Below are positions 1 through 9,249 of a stretch of DNA of 35,482 nt, in pieces. The stretch lies in contig NC_069008.1 of NCBI RefSeq assembly GCF_001194135.2, positions 11,970,930-12,006,411 on the forward strand. The letters are read 5' to 3'. The notes under the pieces were generated by a model. That model was not told where the DNA came from, made no database searches, and saw only the letters and a list, made by a program, of their open reading frames with translations. The position numbers and the translations under genes were made by a program. Within the stretch, counting starts at the first letter, position 1. Every line of letters starts with the position of its first letter. Origin of the DNA: Octopus bimaculoides. Lineage: Eukaryota.

Positions 1-412
1 GTCAAACATTGGCGTCGATGTAATCAACTTATCCCTTTCCCCCAAATTGCTGTCCTTGTGACAAAATTTGAAACGGTTATTATTATTAAAGACTGTAAGA
101 TGGCGAGCTGGCAGAAATGCTTAGCGGTATTTCGTCCATTTTTATGTTCTGAGTTCAAATTCCGCCGAGTCAACTTTGCATTTTATTCTTTCGAGGTTGA
201 TAAATTAAGTACCAGTGAAACAGTGAGGGCAATGAAATCGACTAGTCCCCTCTCCCAAAATTTCAGGTCTTGTGCCTTTAGTAGAAGGGATTATTATTAT
301 TATTATTATTATTAATGGCAGTAAGATGGCGAAATCTTAAAACATCAGCAGTATTTCGCTTGTGTTTACATTCTGAGTTCAAATTCTGCCGAGGTTGACT
401 TTGCCTTTCATC
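1..412 (+). mobile_element. Three partial tRNA-derived SINE copies in tandem
   Basis: A-box-like TGGCGAGCTGGCAGAA at 101-116, B-box GAGTTCAAATTC at 151-162 and 375-386, (TAT)n tail at 290-313. The same sequence recurs at ~12690 and ~26460. Confidence 0.8.
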
Positions 413-429
413 TTCGCAACCATGTGCAA

Positions 430-1345
430 CATCAGTATCGTTGAACAAGTGGCAACATCAGCCGATAAAATAATGGAAGTATCTACTCCTTCCATTACCA
501 TAGCAGCCATAGCATTCCAGTTCCAGAGTTTTCGACGAGTCACAGAAAATCAATTGAAGACCTGGTAGCAACCTCCGTTTCAAAAGGAATACAGTCCCAC
601 GTGCAAGACACCGATCCTGCTCTAGATCTCTATCCAGACATCAGTACATTGGTAACCAGGGATCCGTATGTTGGTACCATACCAATTTCGGCGCCAAAGC
701 AAGGAAATGCACACCACTTTGCTCATATAGTGCCCAGGGAAACGCCCGAACGGAGCAGTAAGCACTGCTACTGCTTCTAGTGTCATCTCCACCAAGTCAT
801 GCAATTTTTATTAAAGTCGAAATTTCCCAGAAGAGCTTCCTGGTTGACTCAGGAGCCGTCTGTAGTATTTGGTCAACTAAATATACACAAAGAAAACCTT
901 TTCCTTCAGCCGCTACCTTGCAAGCGGTCAACCATTCACCTATCACCACATGTGGCGAAATTCTTCTCACCTTAAATATACGACTCAGACGATGCTTCCA
1001 GTGGATTTTTCTAGTCCCCGATCTGCAGTATCCAATCCTTGAGGCAGATTTCCTCTTCCATTTTTCCTTGCTAGTCGATCTGAAGAACAGGCAACTGATT
1101 GACAGTAAGACGCAGCCCAGTGTGTGTGGCACTGACTGTTTTGTTTCCACAGTCGGATTTGTTTTCTTTGTCGCCACTGCTTCCAACAAATACCACACAT
1201 TGTTGCAACCGTTCCCGGAGTTTACAAAACCCATGTCCCATAGAAAGGATAATTCGCACCCTGTAGAACACCACATTTCGAGCATGGGTCCTCCTGTCTT
1301 TTCTCGCTTGAGACATTTGTCAACAGAGAAACTTAAGGCTGCAAG
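430..1345 (+). mobile_element. Degenerate Ty3/Gypsy LTR retrotransposon fragment (gag C-terminus, aspartic protease, start of RT)
   Basis: Gag-terminal motif CWYHTNFGAKARKCTPLC (~670-725), protease FLVDSGAVCSI in ORF 780-1379, then HPVEHHISSMGPPVFSR typical of the pre-RT region. It is frameshifted and truncated by a SINE piece at ~1345. Confidence 0.85.
737..743 (+). other. Candidate -1 ribosomal frameshift heptamer (G GGA AAC) at the Gypsy gag/pol junction
   Basis: XXXYYYZ heptamer in gag frame (QGN) a few codons before the gag stop. Confidence 0.55.
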
Positions 1346-1623
1346 CTCGTTAATTTCACAAGCAGGCTGTTCTGGTTAACAGTGTCCACCATTATTCGAA
1401 AAATTAACTTCGTCAATCATTTTATATATATACATGTGTGTGTTGCACTCTGTCGGTTACAACAACGAGGGTTCCAGTAACAGCCTGCTCGTGAAATTAA
1501 TGTGCTTATGGCCTTAAGTTTCTCTGTTGACAAACGGGTGAGAAAAGGCAGGAGGGCCCGTGGTCGAAATGTGGTGTTCTACAGGGTGCAAATTATCCTT
1601 CCATAGGACATGGGTTTCGTTAA
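1222..1623. repeat. Imperfect inverted repeat of a Gypsy-SINE chimeric segment (arms 1222-1375 and 1474-1623)
   Basis: The reverse complement of 1474-1623 aligns to 1222-1375, including CACCCTGTAGAACACCACATTTCGA and TTTGTCAACAGAGAAACTTAAGGC. Confidence 0.9.
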
Positions 1624-1948
1624 TTCTTTGAAAATGTAACGGAAGTTAACATTAATTCATTAACATTAACTTTTATTGAAAAATGGCATAACTACAGTTT
1701 AATACCCTACCGATTTTTTGCTTCATAACTTCCAGAAAAATGAATACTTTTTAATGAAACTTACACCAAATAATCGCTTCTATCATGTAGATTGAGGGTA
1801 TATAAAAATTTGTTGGGGTTGGGTGAGGAGTTTCGGAAAATTCACAGGACTATACATTTTCCCTCTCATAAATTTCTAGAAAGTAGGTATTTTTTAATGA
1901 AATTTATACAAATACCTTTCAGACGGTGTAGATTATGATTACAAAGAA

Positions 1949-2128
1949 ATTTGGGTAAGTTTTCAGATTAACACCCGCACAATCTTCACTAGGGTGTTGA
2001 GGTTACGGTTTTAGGGTCAGGGTTAGGGTTAGGGACGGAATTCCTTAATCCTAACCCTGACCCTAAAACCCTAACTCTAACACCCTAGTGAAAATCGTGC
2101 AGGTGTTAATCTGAAAATTTACCAAAAT
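1949..2128. repeat. ~180 bp palindrome with head-to-head TTAGGG/CCCTAA-like core
   Basis: TTTTCAGATTAACACC...CACTAGGGTGTT...TTAGGGTCAGGGTTAGGGTTAGGG is mirrored by CTAACCCTGACCCTAAAACC...AACACCCTAGTG...GGTGTTAATCTGAAAA. Confidence 0.9.
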
Positions 2129-2129
2129 C

Positions 2130-2340
2130 ATATCAGGCATAAGAATATCGGAAATATTTACTCACAACAAGCATGATCAAATTTGAGCAAACGAGAAACG
2201 TAATGATTAATTCCCAAGAAGATAAAAGCGCCAAAAAGATCATCAGTGTAAAGATTAATGATCTGAAGTTGTCGGAACGTTGACAACTGTCAGCGAAATA
2301 GCTATACGTGTAGAGCGTTAAACGTTAAGGGGAAGTAACT
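2130..2340 (+). promoter_or_regulatory. Possible promoter/non-coding first exon of the 1712-aa gene
   Basis: Locally CpG-richer unique-looking sequence ending in a donor-like GTAACT at 2335-2340. Inference only. Confidence 0.25.
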
Positions 2341-2543
2341 ACTTCTGACTAAGCTGCAGGCTAATTTGCAAGAGGGTGTACAGCTCAAATGGCTTTCTTG
2401 GCTGGTAACCAATTAAAAAACTAGCTAATGGATACTTTCACAAGCAAGGGTAGAGGGGAAGTGCACCGATGATAGTCTGAAGGTAGAAGGACATTAACTT
2501 GTGTGGGGGGGGGGGGCTATGGTCTACCCACATATTTCTTGAT

Positions 2544-2927
2544 NNNNNNNNNNNNNNNNNNNNNNNNNNNNNNNNNNNNNNNNNNNNNNNNNNNNNNNNN
2601 NNNNNNNNNNNNNNNNNNNNNNNNNNNNNNNNNNNNNNNNNNNNNNNNNNNNNNNNNNNNNNNNNNNNNNNNNNNNNNNNNNNNNNNNNNNNNNNNNNNN
2701 NNNNNNNNNNNNNNNNNNNNNNNNNNNNNNNNNNNNNNNNNNNNNNNNNNNNNNNNNNNNNNNNNNNNNNNNNNNNNNNNNNNNNNNNNNNNNNNNNNNN
2801 NNNNNNNNNNNNNNNNNNNNNNNNNNNNNNNNNNNNNNNNNNNNNNNNNNNNNNNNNNNNNNNNNNNNNNNNNNNNNNNNNNNNNNNNNNNNNNNNNNNN
2901 NNNNNNNNNNNNNNNNNNNNNNNNNNN
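2544..2927. other. Assembly gap (N run)
   Basis: Run of N. Other gaps are at 18579-18605, 19318-19327 and 31686-32058. Confidence 1.
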
Positions 2928-3639
2928 ATGGCCACAGTCAAATAACTGAAACATTAAAAGAAAAACCCCAAAATCCTTTAAGTCTGAGATTTTTCAGATT
3001 TTTAAAAAATGTTTCAAAGAATACGTCATTTGTTTCATCTCATTATTTCAAATTAACTTTGCACACACAGACATACACACACCAATCTGCATGTGTGAAT
3101 TAAGCAGTCTCATACTTTGGCTGTGCACTTGTGCAAAGTTTTGTTTAAATTTTAAAATTTCAAGTTTAAAAATAAATCTGAATAGGTCAGTTTCAAATCA
3201 TTGAAAAGCAAAATGTGAATCGAATAGTAGTCATTTCCTTTGATTTCTAGATTGGAGCAAATAGGAAATAACACTGACCAAAGACAAAGAAATAAAATAC
3301 AATTTTGTCACATCGATAGAAAATAGGGATATTGATACCTTTTATCTTTTACTGCTTCAGTCATTGTACTGTGGCCATGCTGGTGCACTGCTTTGAAGAT
3401 TTTAATTTTAAAAAAATTGACCGCAATAATTTTTTTAAATCTGGTTCTTTTATTGGCTTCTCTTTGCCAAATTGCTATCTATCTGTCTGTCTGTCAGGGA
3501 CATTTTTCAATCCCTTTCTAACAAATGCACCAGCTATGCAGTGGCACTGAACCTAAAACCACATACTTGGGAAGCTAATTTCTTATCACACAGCCATATC
3601 TACACCTATGGTTTTAAAAATCTAATCAATGCTTTCATT

Positions 3640-3660
3640 TTATTATAAATTTCATTTCAG
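3640..3660 (+). promoter_or_regulatory. Candidate splice acceptor upstream of the long ORF
   Basis: T-rich tract ending TTTCATTTCAG at 3660. Confidence 0.45.
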
Positions 3661-3872
3661 TTCTGGTGTGAAATTGGTAAATTGAGAAGTAGACAAATTT
3701 CTCTCCAAAGGAAAGCTGAGACATAAAAGACATTAATCTAAATCTCACAGAACTCTTGGATTTAATGGTTTTGTAGCAGCCACCAATAAACACATGCACA
3801 AACACTTGCAAGCACACACACATACATGTGTAAGTATATATAAAGAAGAGTTAATACATCAAAGTTGAGAAA

Positions 3873-6800
3873 ATGTTGAAGATTGAAGAAAACCTAATTC
3901 TGGCTATTGATATACCTGCCAAATCAAATAATGATTTACTATCTGGTGATAAAAATTATAAGGAAGGGTCAATTATTGCCAAAGCATATAATGAAAGGAG
4001 CAAGAAGAAAACTGAAGAACGGGAAATACAGCAAATTTTTCACATAATCACATGTGGTAAAATAATGATAAAAGGCAACCACATCCAAATGTTTTTGGAC
4101 CTTGTAAATGAGAAGTCTAATGACATAGAACTTATGGGATTAGACAAACATCAGTTTTTAAGAAATGTCAGGCGTGAAATGAAAATCTTTCGGAAATATA
4201 CTAAACAAAACAATGATATGATTCTGCAAAATCTTCCTTGGTTTTGTGAACGACTGTTTGACATTTACGCTAACAGTAATCCCTACAAGAATAAGGCCAT
4301 TACATTACCAAAGCCATTCACAAAATTTCATTCTCCTTCTTCTTCTGAAGTTGTGCCAAGGAAATTAGAGTTTGAGGAATCTGGTGAAGATACCCCAAAT
4401 ATAATATCAAATATTGTCACAATCTATCATGGAATAGTAACCTACTCACCATATTTGATGACCTTACGTTGTAACACAACTGATGGTAGAAGTAATACAG
4501 TCCACTGTCCTTCACCTATCACAGACATTACAAGAATTGGTAAAGAAACTGTTCTGGTCACATTGCCATTTAGGCAAAAACTACTCATTATTAACCCCTC
4601 AAGTTGTGAAATGAAATCTCTGGATTATGGTTTCTACAAGATTTCTTATTTGAATCATTGTAAATTTGTGGGGCTGGAACTGTTTAGCAAGACAATCTAT
4701 CTTGTGGACTGGGCCAATGATACAGTGGAAAAAATAACTGCCCTCGAAGAGCAGCCTACAGATATCATAGTAGGACCTCAGCATCACCTCTTATTAGCAT
4801 TTGCTAATATAAATAAAGTTATCTGCTGCAGTCTTGGTGGCAGGCAGTTATTTCAGGTATACACACAGTCAACAGTTATTCCAACTAGTATCTCAGCTTA
4901 TCGCAATTATTTTTATGTCCTTCAAGGAAACGTCATTTACAGGATTTCATCTAAGGGTGGAGTGTCACAGAGAAAAATTGCGATAAAAGCTCAATATATT
5001 TGTTGTGGCACAAATTCTATTTTCCTGCTTGATTACTTAGGCATTGCATATACTTTTAAGACAAATGATAATTTTTGGCCAAGTATGACTTATCGTCAAC
5101 AAGCTCATACACCAACTGTGAAAAACCAAATTCATATTGATGATCCCTGTGAGATTCAAAATATTCTGCCTATGCCAGCCTCTTCTATATTACTTCTATA
5201 TAGGAGTCAAGAAGTCAAATTATTTAGTGATAATGGGCAAGTCATTCACAGAAGTACATTAACGTCTAAGTGCCAACCTACTGCCATCTGTCGAACTGAC
5301 TCAAACAGATTTCTTGTCCTTTATCAAGAAGATAGAAAACTTCAGTATATTGCATGCCCTGAACTAACTGAAGGTCACTTTATAGACATCGATGCTGATT
5401 ACATTCAAATATGTCATATGGTATCAAATAAGTACTTAGCTCTGACCACTGGTGGAAACGAAGTAGAGGCACATATCCTATTGATTACAGAGAACAAAAT
5501 TGACATTGTTGACAAAATTTCACTTAAGCATGAAGATGTCATCATTGCAGCAACTCCAATTAATTTTGTAGTAGCAGACATGAGAGAAAATGCACTGGTG
5601 TTTTATTCAAGCTCTGGTGAAGAGCTTTTTGTGAAACAGCTTGATTTTTACTCTAACCCTCATCATATCTACACTGACAAATTATACTTCTACGTTGTCT
5701 TCAGGAGAGAGTCTGTGATAGTATGTTACAATATAATTGGAGAAAGTAAATGGCAATTGAAACTGCCTTCAACTCCTTACTTTCACATTGATGTTTTCCA
5801 AGGAACTGTATATGTAGTGGATGTTATGCACAGTAGAATTCTTCTTTATAAATACTATGACTGGTCCAGTTGTTGTATACAGTTCAAAAATCCTTACATC
5901 AAAAATCTAGATATACGACTCAAAGAAAATAAGAATAACAAAATACTCATTGCCAAAATGTGCTGGCTTCCAAGTGGGCAGTTTGTGTTGTCCAACTTTA
6001 ATAATGATCGCTTGTTATATGTTTCTAAGGAGGGAGACATTATGTCCACATTATCTCTGCCATCTTTAGCTACAGATATATGCCGATGGGATTGTAATCA
6101 AATAGGTGTCACATTACCTCTAGAGAAACAACTATGGGTTATTGGCAATGTATCAAAAAGAGTTAGAACTCTATCATTAAGCCACCCTTATATATGGGTG
6201 CGTAAGCTCGGTGAAGGTCATACTGCTTGTGTTTGTGACAAACCTTCTCGTTTAGACATTGTATCGATTCAAAACCACAACCAAGGTGAAATAATTTCTA
6301 CAATCAATATACCTTTTGTAAAGTCATTAGTGATAGAAAACGAAACACAAAATGTGTTGGTTGTTACTAAAAAAAAGATATTTCTCTACAAACCTATTAC
6401 TAGGAGGAGGAGGAGGAGTAGTAGTAGTAGTAGCAGCAGCAGTAGTGGTAGTAGTAGTAGTAGTAGTAGTAAATTGGTCCCCACTCTTTTACTGCCTCAT
6501 ATCAGACCTCCACCCAGTCTCTATGGTGGATATATTGATAACATTTTTGTTTATCTGATAGACAACAGCAGTATGTTTGCTATAAATGACTATAACCTGG
6601 TAGTGAGCGATCACATTACAAATAATCAACTTAACATGCACATCGACCTGGTAGATGTATTTTCCAGAAACATCTGTGTCAGTGAAATGTTGTCCTCTAC
6701 ATTGCATCTGGAGGACCATACAGTTTCTGATAAAGCTCGACATATTTTAATCCCTCGATCTGTTGGAGAAAATGAATATATGGACATTACTGGTTTTTCA

Positions 6801-9011
6801 GTTATTACTGAAAACAACCTGATTATACTCTATGATAATGCAAATAGGAACATTAAGATATTAACATTTGATGGTCAACTTCTTGACTCTATAAAATTAA
6901 ATATTTTCCCGACATATATGTGTTGCTGGCAGTCAAACACACTGGTTATTACAACTGGTGATAAATACCAACTGTTAACATTAAAAGTGGAATTTCCATT
7001 GTCTCTGGTAACTTACCAGACAGAAAATGAATATTATTGTATTGCTTCTTTGTCTGACAATCTACTTGTATGTTATGGTTATACAGATGGAGAGAAATAT
7101 TTGCTTATTATTAAGATTGATGAAATACAGTCAACTGTGTGTGAAAGGAATAAAATAGTAACAGGCATTACTCAAATATTAAGGAAAAGTTATAACAATG
7201 GGATGTGTGGTATTGCAGTTACTGCTGAGGACGTCATCATACTCATCAGTGATGATTATATCATTTTCTTTAAGCGAAATGGTGAACTTTTACGTATGGT
7301 ACAACATCACATATATGTCAAGGAAAACTATATGACAATTGATGATGCTTTTTTGTACATTTATGGATGTTGGGATAAAGAAAATGACTTTCAACGTAGT
7401 CGCATTATGTGTTTGTTGCAGACTGGTAAATACAAGAGAATATTTTTAAATAAAAGACATTACAAACATGGAATAAATTTCTCCAGTATAAACTGCAATG
7501 GCCCAAGGTTTGTCGGAAACACTGAGAACCGTTTGTATGTTGAAGGTTTATTTGAATTTAATCGAGAAAGATTCTCCATTTGTAAGTTGCTAACAGACCT
7601 ATATCCTGTTGAAGTAAAAGATCTTGATATCTCTTTTGATGGACAGATAGTTGTATGTGAAAAAGCCAATACTGGCAATCTTAAAATATTTCAGTGTAAT
7701 GGGGAGCTGGTATATTACAGAGATATTGGAACTTTAGTTGGTGGTGTGTGTTATACAGAAGAAAGAGATATAATGGTCACAGTCCCTTACAGAAAAGAAA
7801 TATTTCAACTGAAGCAACAAGATTTGGCAAACTATAAAGTCTGGCAAAGTGAAATACCTTATGGAATAATATGCAGAAAAGCAGAAAACACCTACTGGTG
7901 TGTACATATTAACTTGACTGAATATTATACCATAGAGATTGATGGTGACAAATTGAACATTCTGGAATGCCTGTCATTAAAGCTTGACTCTGGTCTTCAT
8001 TTCCCTCCCGTTACACCTTATATGAACAATGAAATATTCAGTAATGAATTAATTAATACATTGAAACATAGCAAAGGAGATGGGAGGGAAAAATCATGTA
8101 AAATAATTGATAAAGGTAGATTAAAAGTGAGATGTGGTAATTACATTGCAGAGACTACGTTAGGAAGCAATGAAATATTAGTGAAGAGAATGCCACATAG
8201 AACAGCAATGTTTCCTCTTTCCACTCCTACAGGTATTGAACTAGATTATTATCATTACAATTATCAGTGCATCAAATTAATTATGCTACATGACAATGTT
8301 GCTGTTATTATACAAAACCCTACTCTCATTGTAACCAATACAACAGGTGACATACTTCATCATACTGTAATAGATAAAAAAGCTCAGGATATATGTCGGT
8401 GGACAGATGACTGTTTCATAGTCCTCTTACAAGAAGATAAACAACTGATGTTCTTCAAAAGAGATCTCTCCCATTTAAAAACCATCAACATTACAAAAGG
8501 TTATGAAATGATTTGTAAAAAGAATGACAATCAACTTGTGTGTGGTGGTTATACTTTAGATAAACGCTCTGGCTGGAAATTCTACTATGTCGATGTAGTT
8601 AACATCCTTGATGAAACATGTGAATACAGTCATGAAGTATGGTCTGGGGGAACTGAATTAAAGAAAATTTGTGTAACATCAAGTGAAGATATTGTTATTG
8701 TGCAGAAACCCAAATGGAGTTATGTTGTTGCATGTTGGTACAGAGAAGGTTTGGTTTGGAGTTTAGAAATAAATTTGAATATTCATGATGAGAGAATTCA
8801 TCTATCAGCACATGGTGAATATATATATATAACAGATTTGTCTAACAATATACACCAAATAGCTAGAGATGGTGAACAACAGTTATTCCTCAGCAGTGAT
8901 GATAGTGAACTCCACACAGTTCTTGGTATTGATATTTCGGCTGATTTTTTCATGATTTTTGGACCTGTTTCAGGACTTCACTCTTATTGTTTCTTACATT
9001 ATGAAAGATAA
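3873..9011 (+). CDS. 1712-aa single-exon protein with ~6 tandem NHL/TRIM-like beta-propeller units and an unrecognised N-terminal domain
   Basis: Uninterrupted 5139-nt ORF with an in-frame TAA at 3852-3854 upstream of the ATG. Recurrent blade motifs ITDITRI, PTAICRT, ATDICRW, PTYMCCW, VGGVCYT and AQDICRW occur at ~4520, 5280, 6070, 6910, 7740 and 8385. Beta-strand-like hydrophobic alternation. No RING/B-box, signal peptide or TM segment is evident by eye. Confidence 0.85.
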   Translation: MLKIEENLILAIDIPAKSNNDLLSGDKNYKEGSIIAKAYNERSKKKTEEREIQQIFHIITCGKIMIKGNHIQMFLDLVNEKSNDIELMGLDKHQFLRNVRREMKIFRKYTKQNNDMILQNLPWFCERLFDIYANSNPYKNKAITLPKPFTKFHSPSSSEVVPRKLEFEESGEDTPNIISNIVTIYHGIVTYSPYLMTLRCNTTDGRSNTVHCPSPITDITRIGKETVLVTLPFRQKLLIINPSSCEMKSLDYGFYKISYLNHCKFVGLELFSKTIYLVDWANDTVEKITALEEQPTDIIVGPQHHLLLAFANINKVICCSLGGRQLFQVYTQSTVIPTSISAYRNYFYVLQGNVIYRISSKGGVSQRKIAIKAQYICCGTNSIFLLDYLGIAYTFKTNDNFWPSMTYRQQAHTPTVKNQIHIDDPCEIQNILPMPASSILLLYRSQEVKLFSDNGQVIHRSTLTSKCQPTAICRTDSNRFLVLYQEDRKLQYIACPELTEGHFIDIDADYIQICHMVSNKYLALTTGGNEVEAHILLITENKIDIVDKISLKHEDVIIAATPINFVVADMRENALVFYSSSGEELFVKQLDFYSNPHHIYTDKLYFYVVFRRESVIVCYNIIGESKWQLKLPSTPYFHIDVFQGTVYVVDVMHSRILLYKYYDWSSCCIQFKNPYIKNLDIRLKENKNNKILIAKMCWLPSGQFVLSNFNNDRLLYVSKEGDIMSTLSLPSLATDICRWDCNQIGVTLPLEKQLWVIGNVSKRVRTLSLSHPYIWVRKLGEGHTACVCDKPSRLDIVSIQNHNQGEIISTINIPFVKSLVIENETQNVLVVTKKKIFLYKPITRRRRRSSSSSSSSSSGSSSSSSSKLVPTLLLPHIRPPPSLYGGYIDNIFVYLIDNSSMFAINDYNLVVSDHITNNQLNMHIDLVDVFSRNICVSEMLSSTLHLEDHTVSDKARHILIPRSVGENEYMDITGFSVITENNLIILYDNANRNIKILTFDGQLLDSIKLNIFPTYMCCWQSNTLVITTGDKYQLLTLKVEFPLSLVTYQTENEYYCIASLSDNLLVCYGYTDGEKYLLIIKIDEIQSTVCERNKIVTGITQILRKSYNNGMCGIAVTAEDVIILISDDYIIFFKRNGELLRMVQHHIYVKENYMTIDDAFLYIYGCWDKENDFQRSRIMCLLQTGKYKRIFLNKRHYKHGINFSSINCNGPRFVGNTENRLYVEGLFEFNRERFSICKLLTDLYPVEVKDLDISFDGQIVVCEKANTGNLKIFQCNGELVYYRDIGTLVGGVCYTEERDIMVTVPYRKEIFQLKQQDLANYKVWQSEIPYGIICRKAENTYWCVHINLTEYYTIEIDGDKLNILECLSLKLDSGLHFPPVTPYMNNEIFSNELINTLKHSKGDGREKSCKIIDKGRLKVRCGNYIAETTLGSNEILVKRMPHRTAMFPLSTPTGIELDYYHYNYQCIKLIMLHDNVAVIIQNPTLIVTNTTGDILHHTVIDKKAQDICRWTDDCFIVLLQEDKQLMFFKRDLSHLKTINITKGYEMICKKNDNQLVCGGYTLDKRSGWKFYYVDVVNILDETCEYSHEVWSGGTELKKICVTSSEDIVIVQKPKWSYVVACWYREGLVWSLEINLNIHDERIHLSAHGEYIYITDLSNNIHQIARDGEQQLFLSSDDSELHTVLGIDISADFFMIFGPVSGLHSYCFLHYER
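6402..6470 (+). repeat. (AGG)5(AGT/AGC)n microsatellite in frame within the CDS (R5 S10 G S7)
   Basis: Directly visible trinucleotide run translating to RRRRRSSSSSSSSSSGSSSSSSS. Confidence 0.95.
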
Positions 9012-9112
9012 ACATTTTTATAACTACTCCATTTTGTTGTTGTTTTTGTTGGAAATCTCTGTTTGTGGTCAGAATTGGCTGGAAATTGAATCTACATCAC
9101 ATTATGTAGACC

Positions 9113-9118
9113 AATAAA
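9113..9118 (+). terminator. Candidate polyadenylation signal
   Basis: AATAAA ~100 nt after the stop of the long ORF. Confidence 0.4.
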
Positions 9119-9249
9119 TCTTTTTTCCTACATTCTTCACTTCTTATATATATGAATGTCGGTGTATAGTTGTGTGTGAATATATATATATATTGCATGA
9201 TAGACTGACTGACAAACTCAGCTGGAGACTTGCCTGTAGATTCAGTTGG

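Noticed and set aside
797-1316. Antisense ORFs over Gypsy, LINE, ZNF and long-ORF sequence (e.g. 797-1285, 6352-6558, 11969-12187, 16477-16662)
   Set aside because: Shadow frames of real or formerly real coding sequence.
1990-2085. Chromosome end-to-end fusion scar
   Set aside because: Only a few degenerate repeats inside symmetrical non-telomeric arms. A foldback element explains it better.
2438-2954. ORFs of 145-167 aa spanning the first gap (likewise 31438-32273)
   Set aside because: Artefacts of translating through N runs.
9120-9150. Possible polypurine tract plus TG LTR start on the minus strand
   Set aside because: No second LTR copy is visible and the sequence also fits an ordinary 3' UTR.
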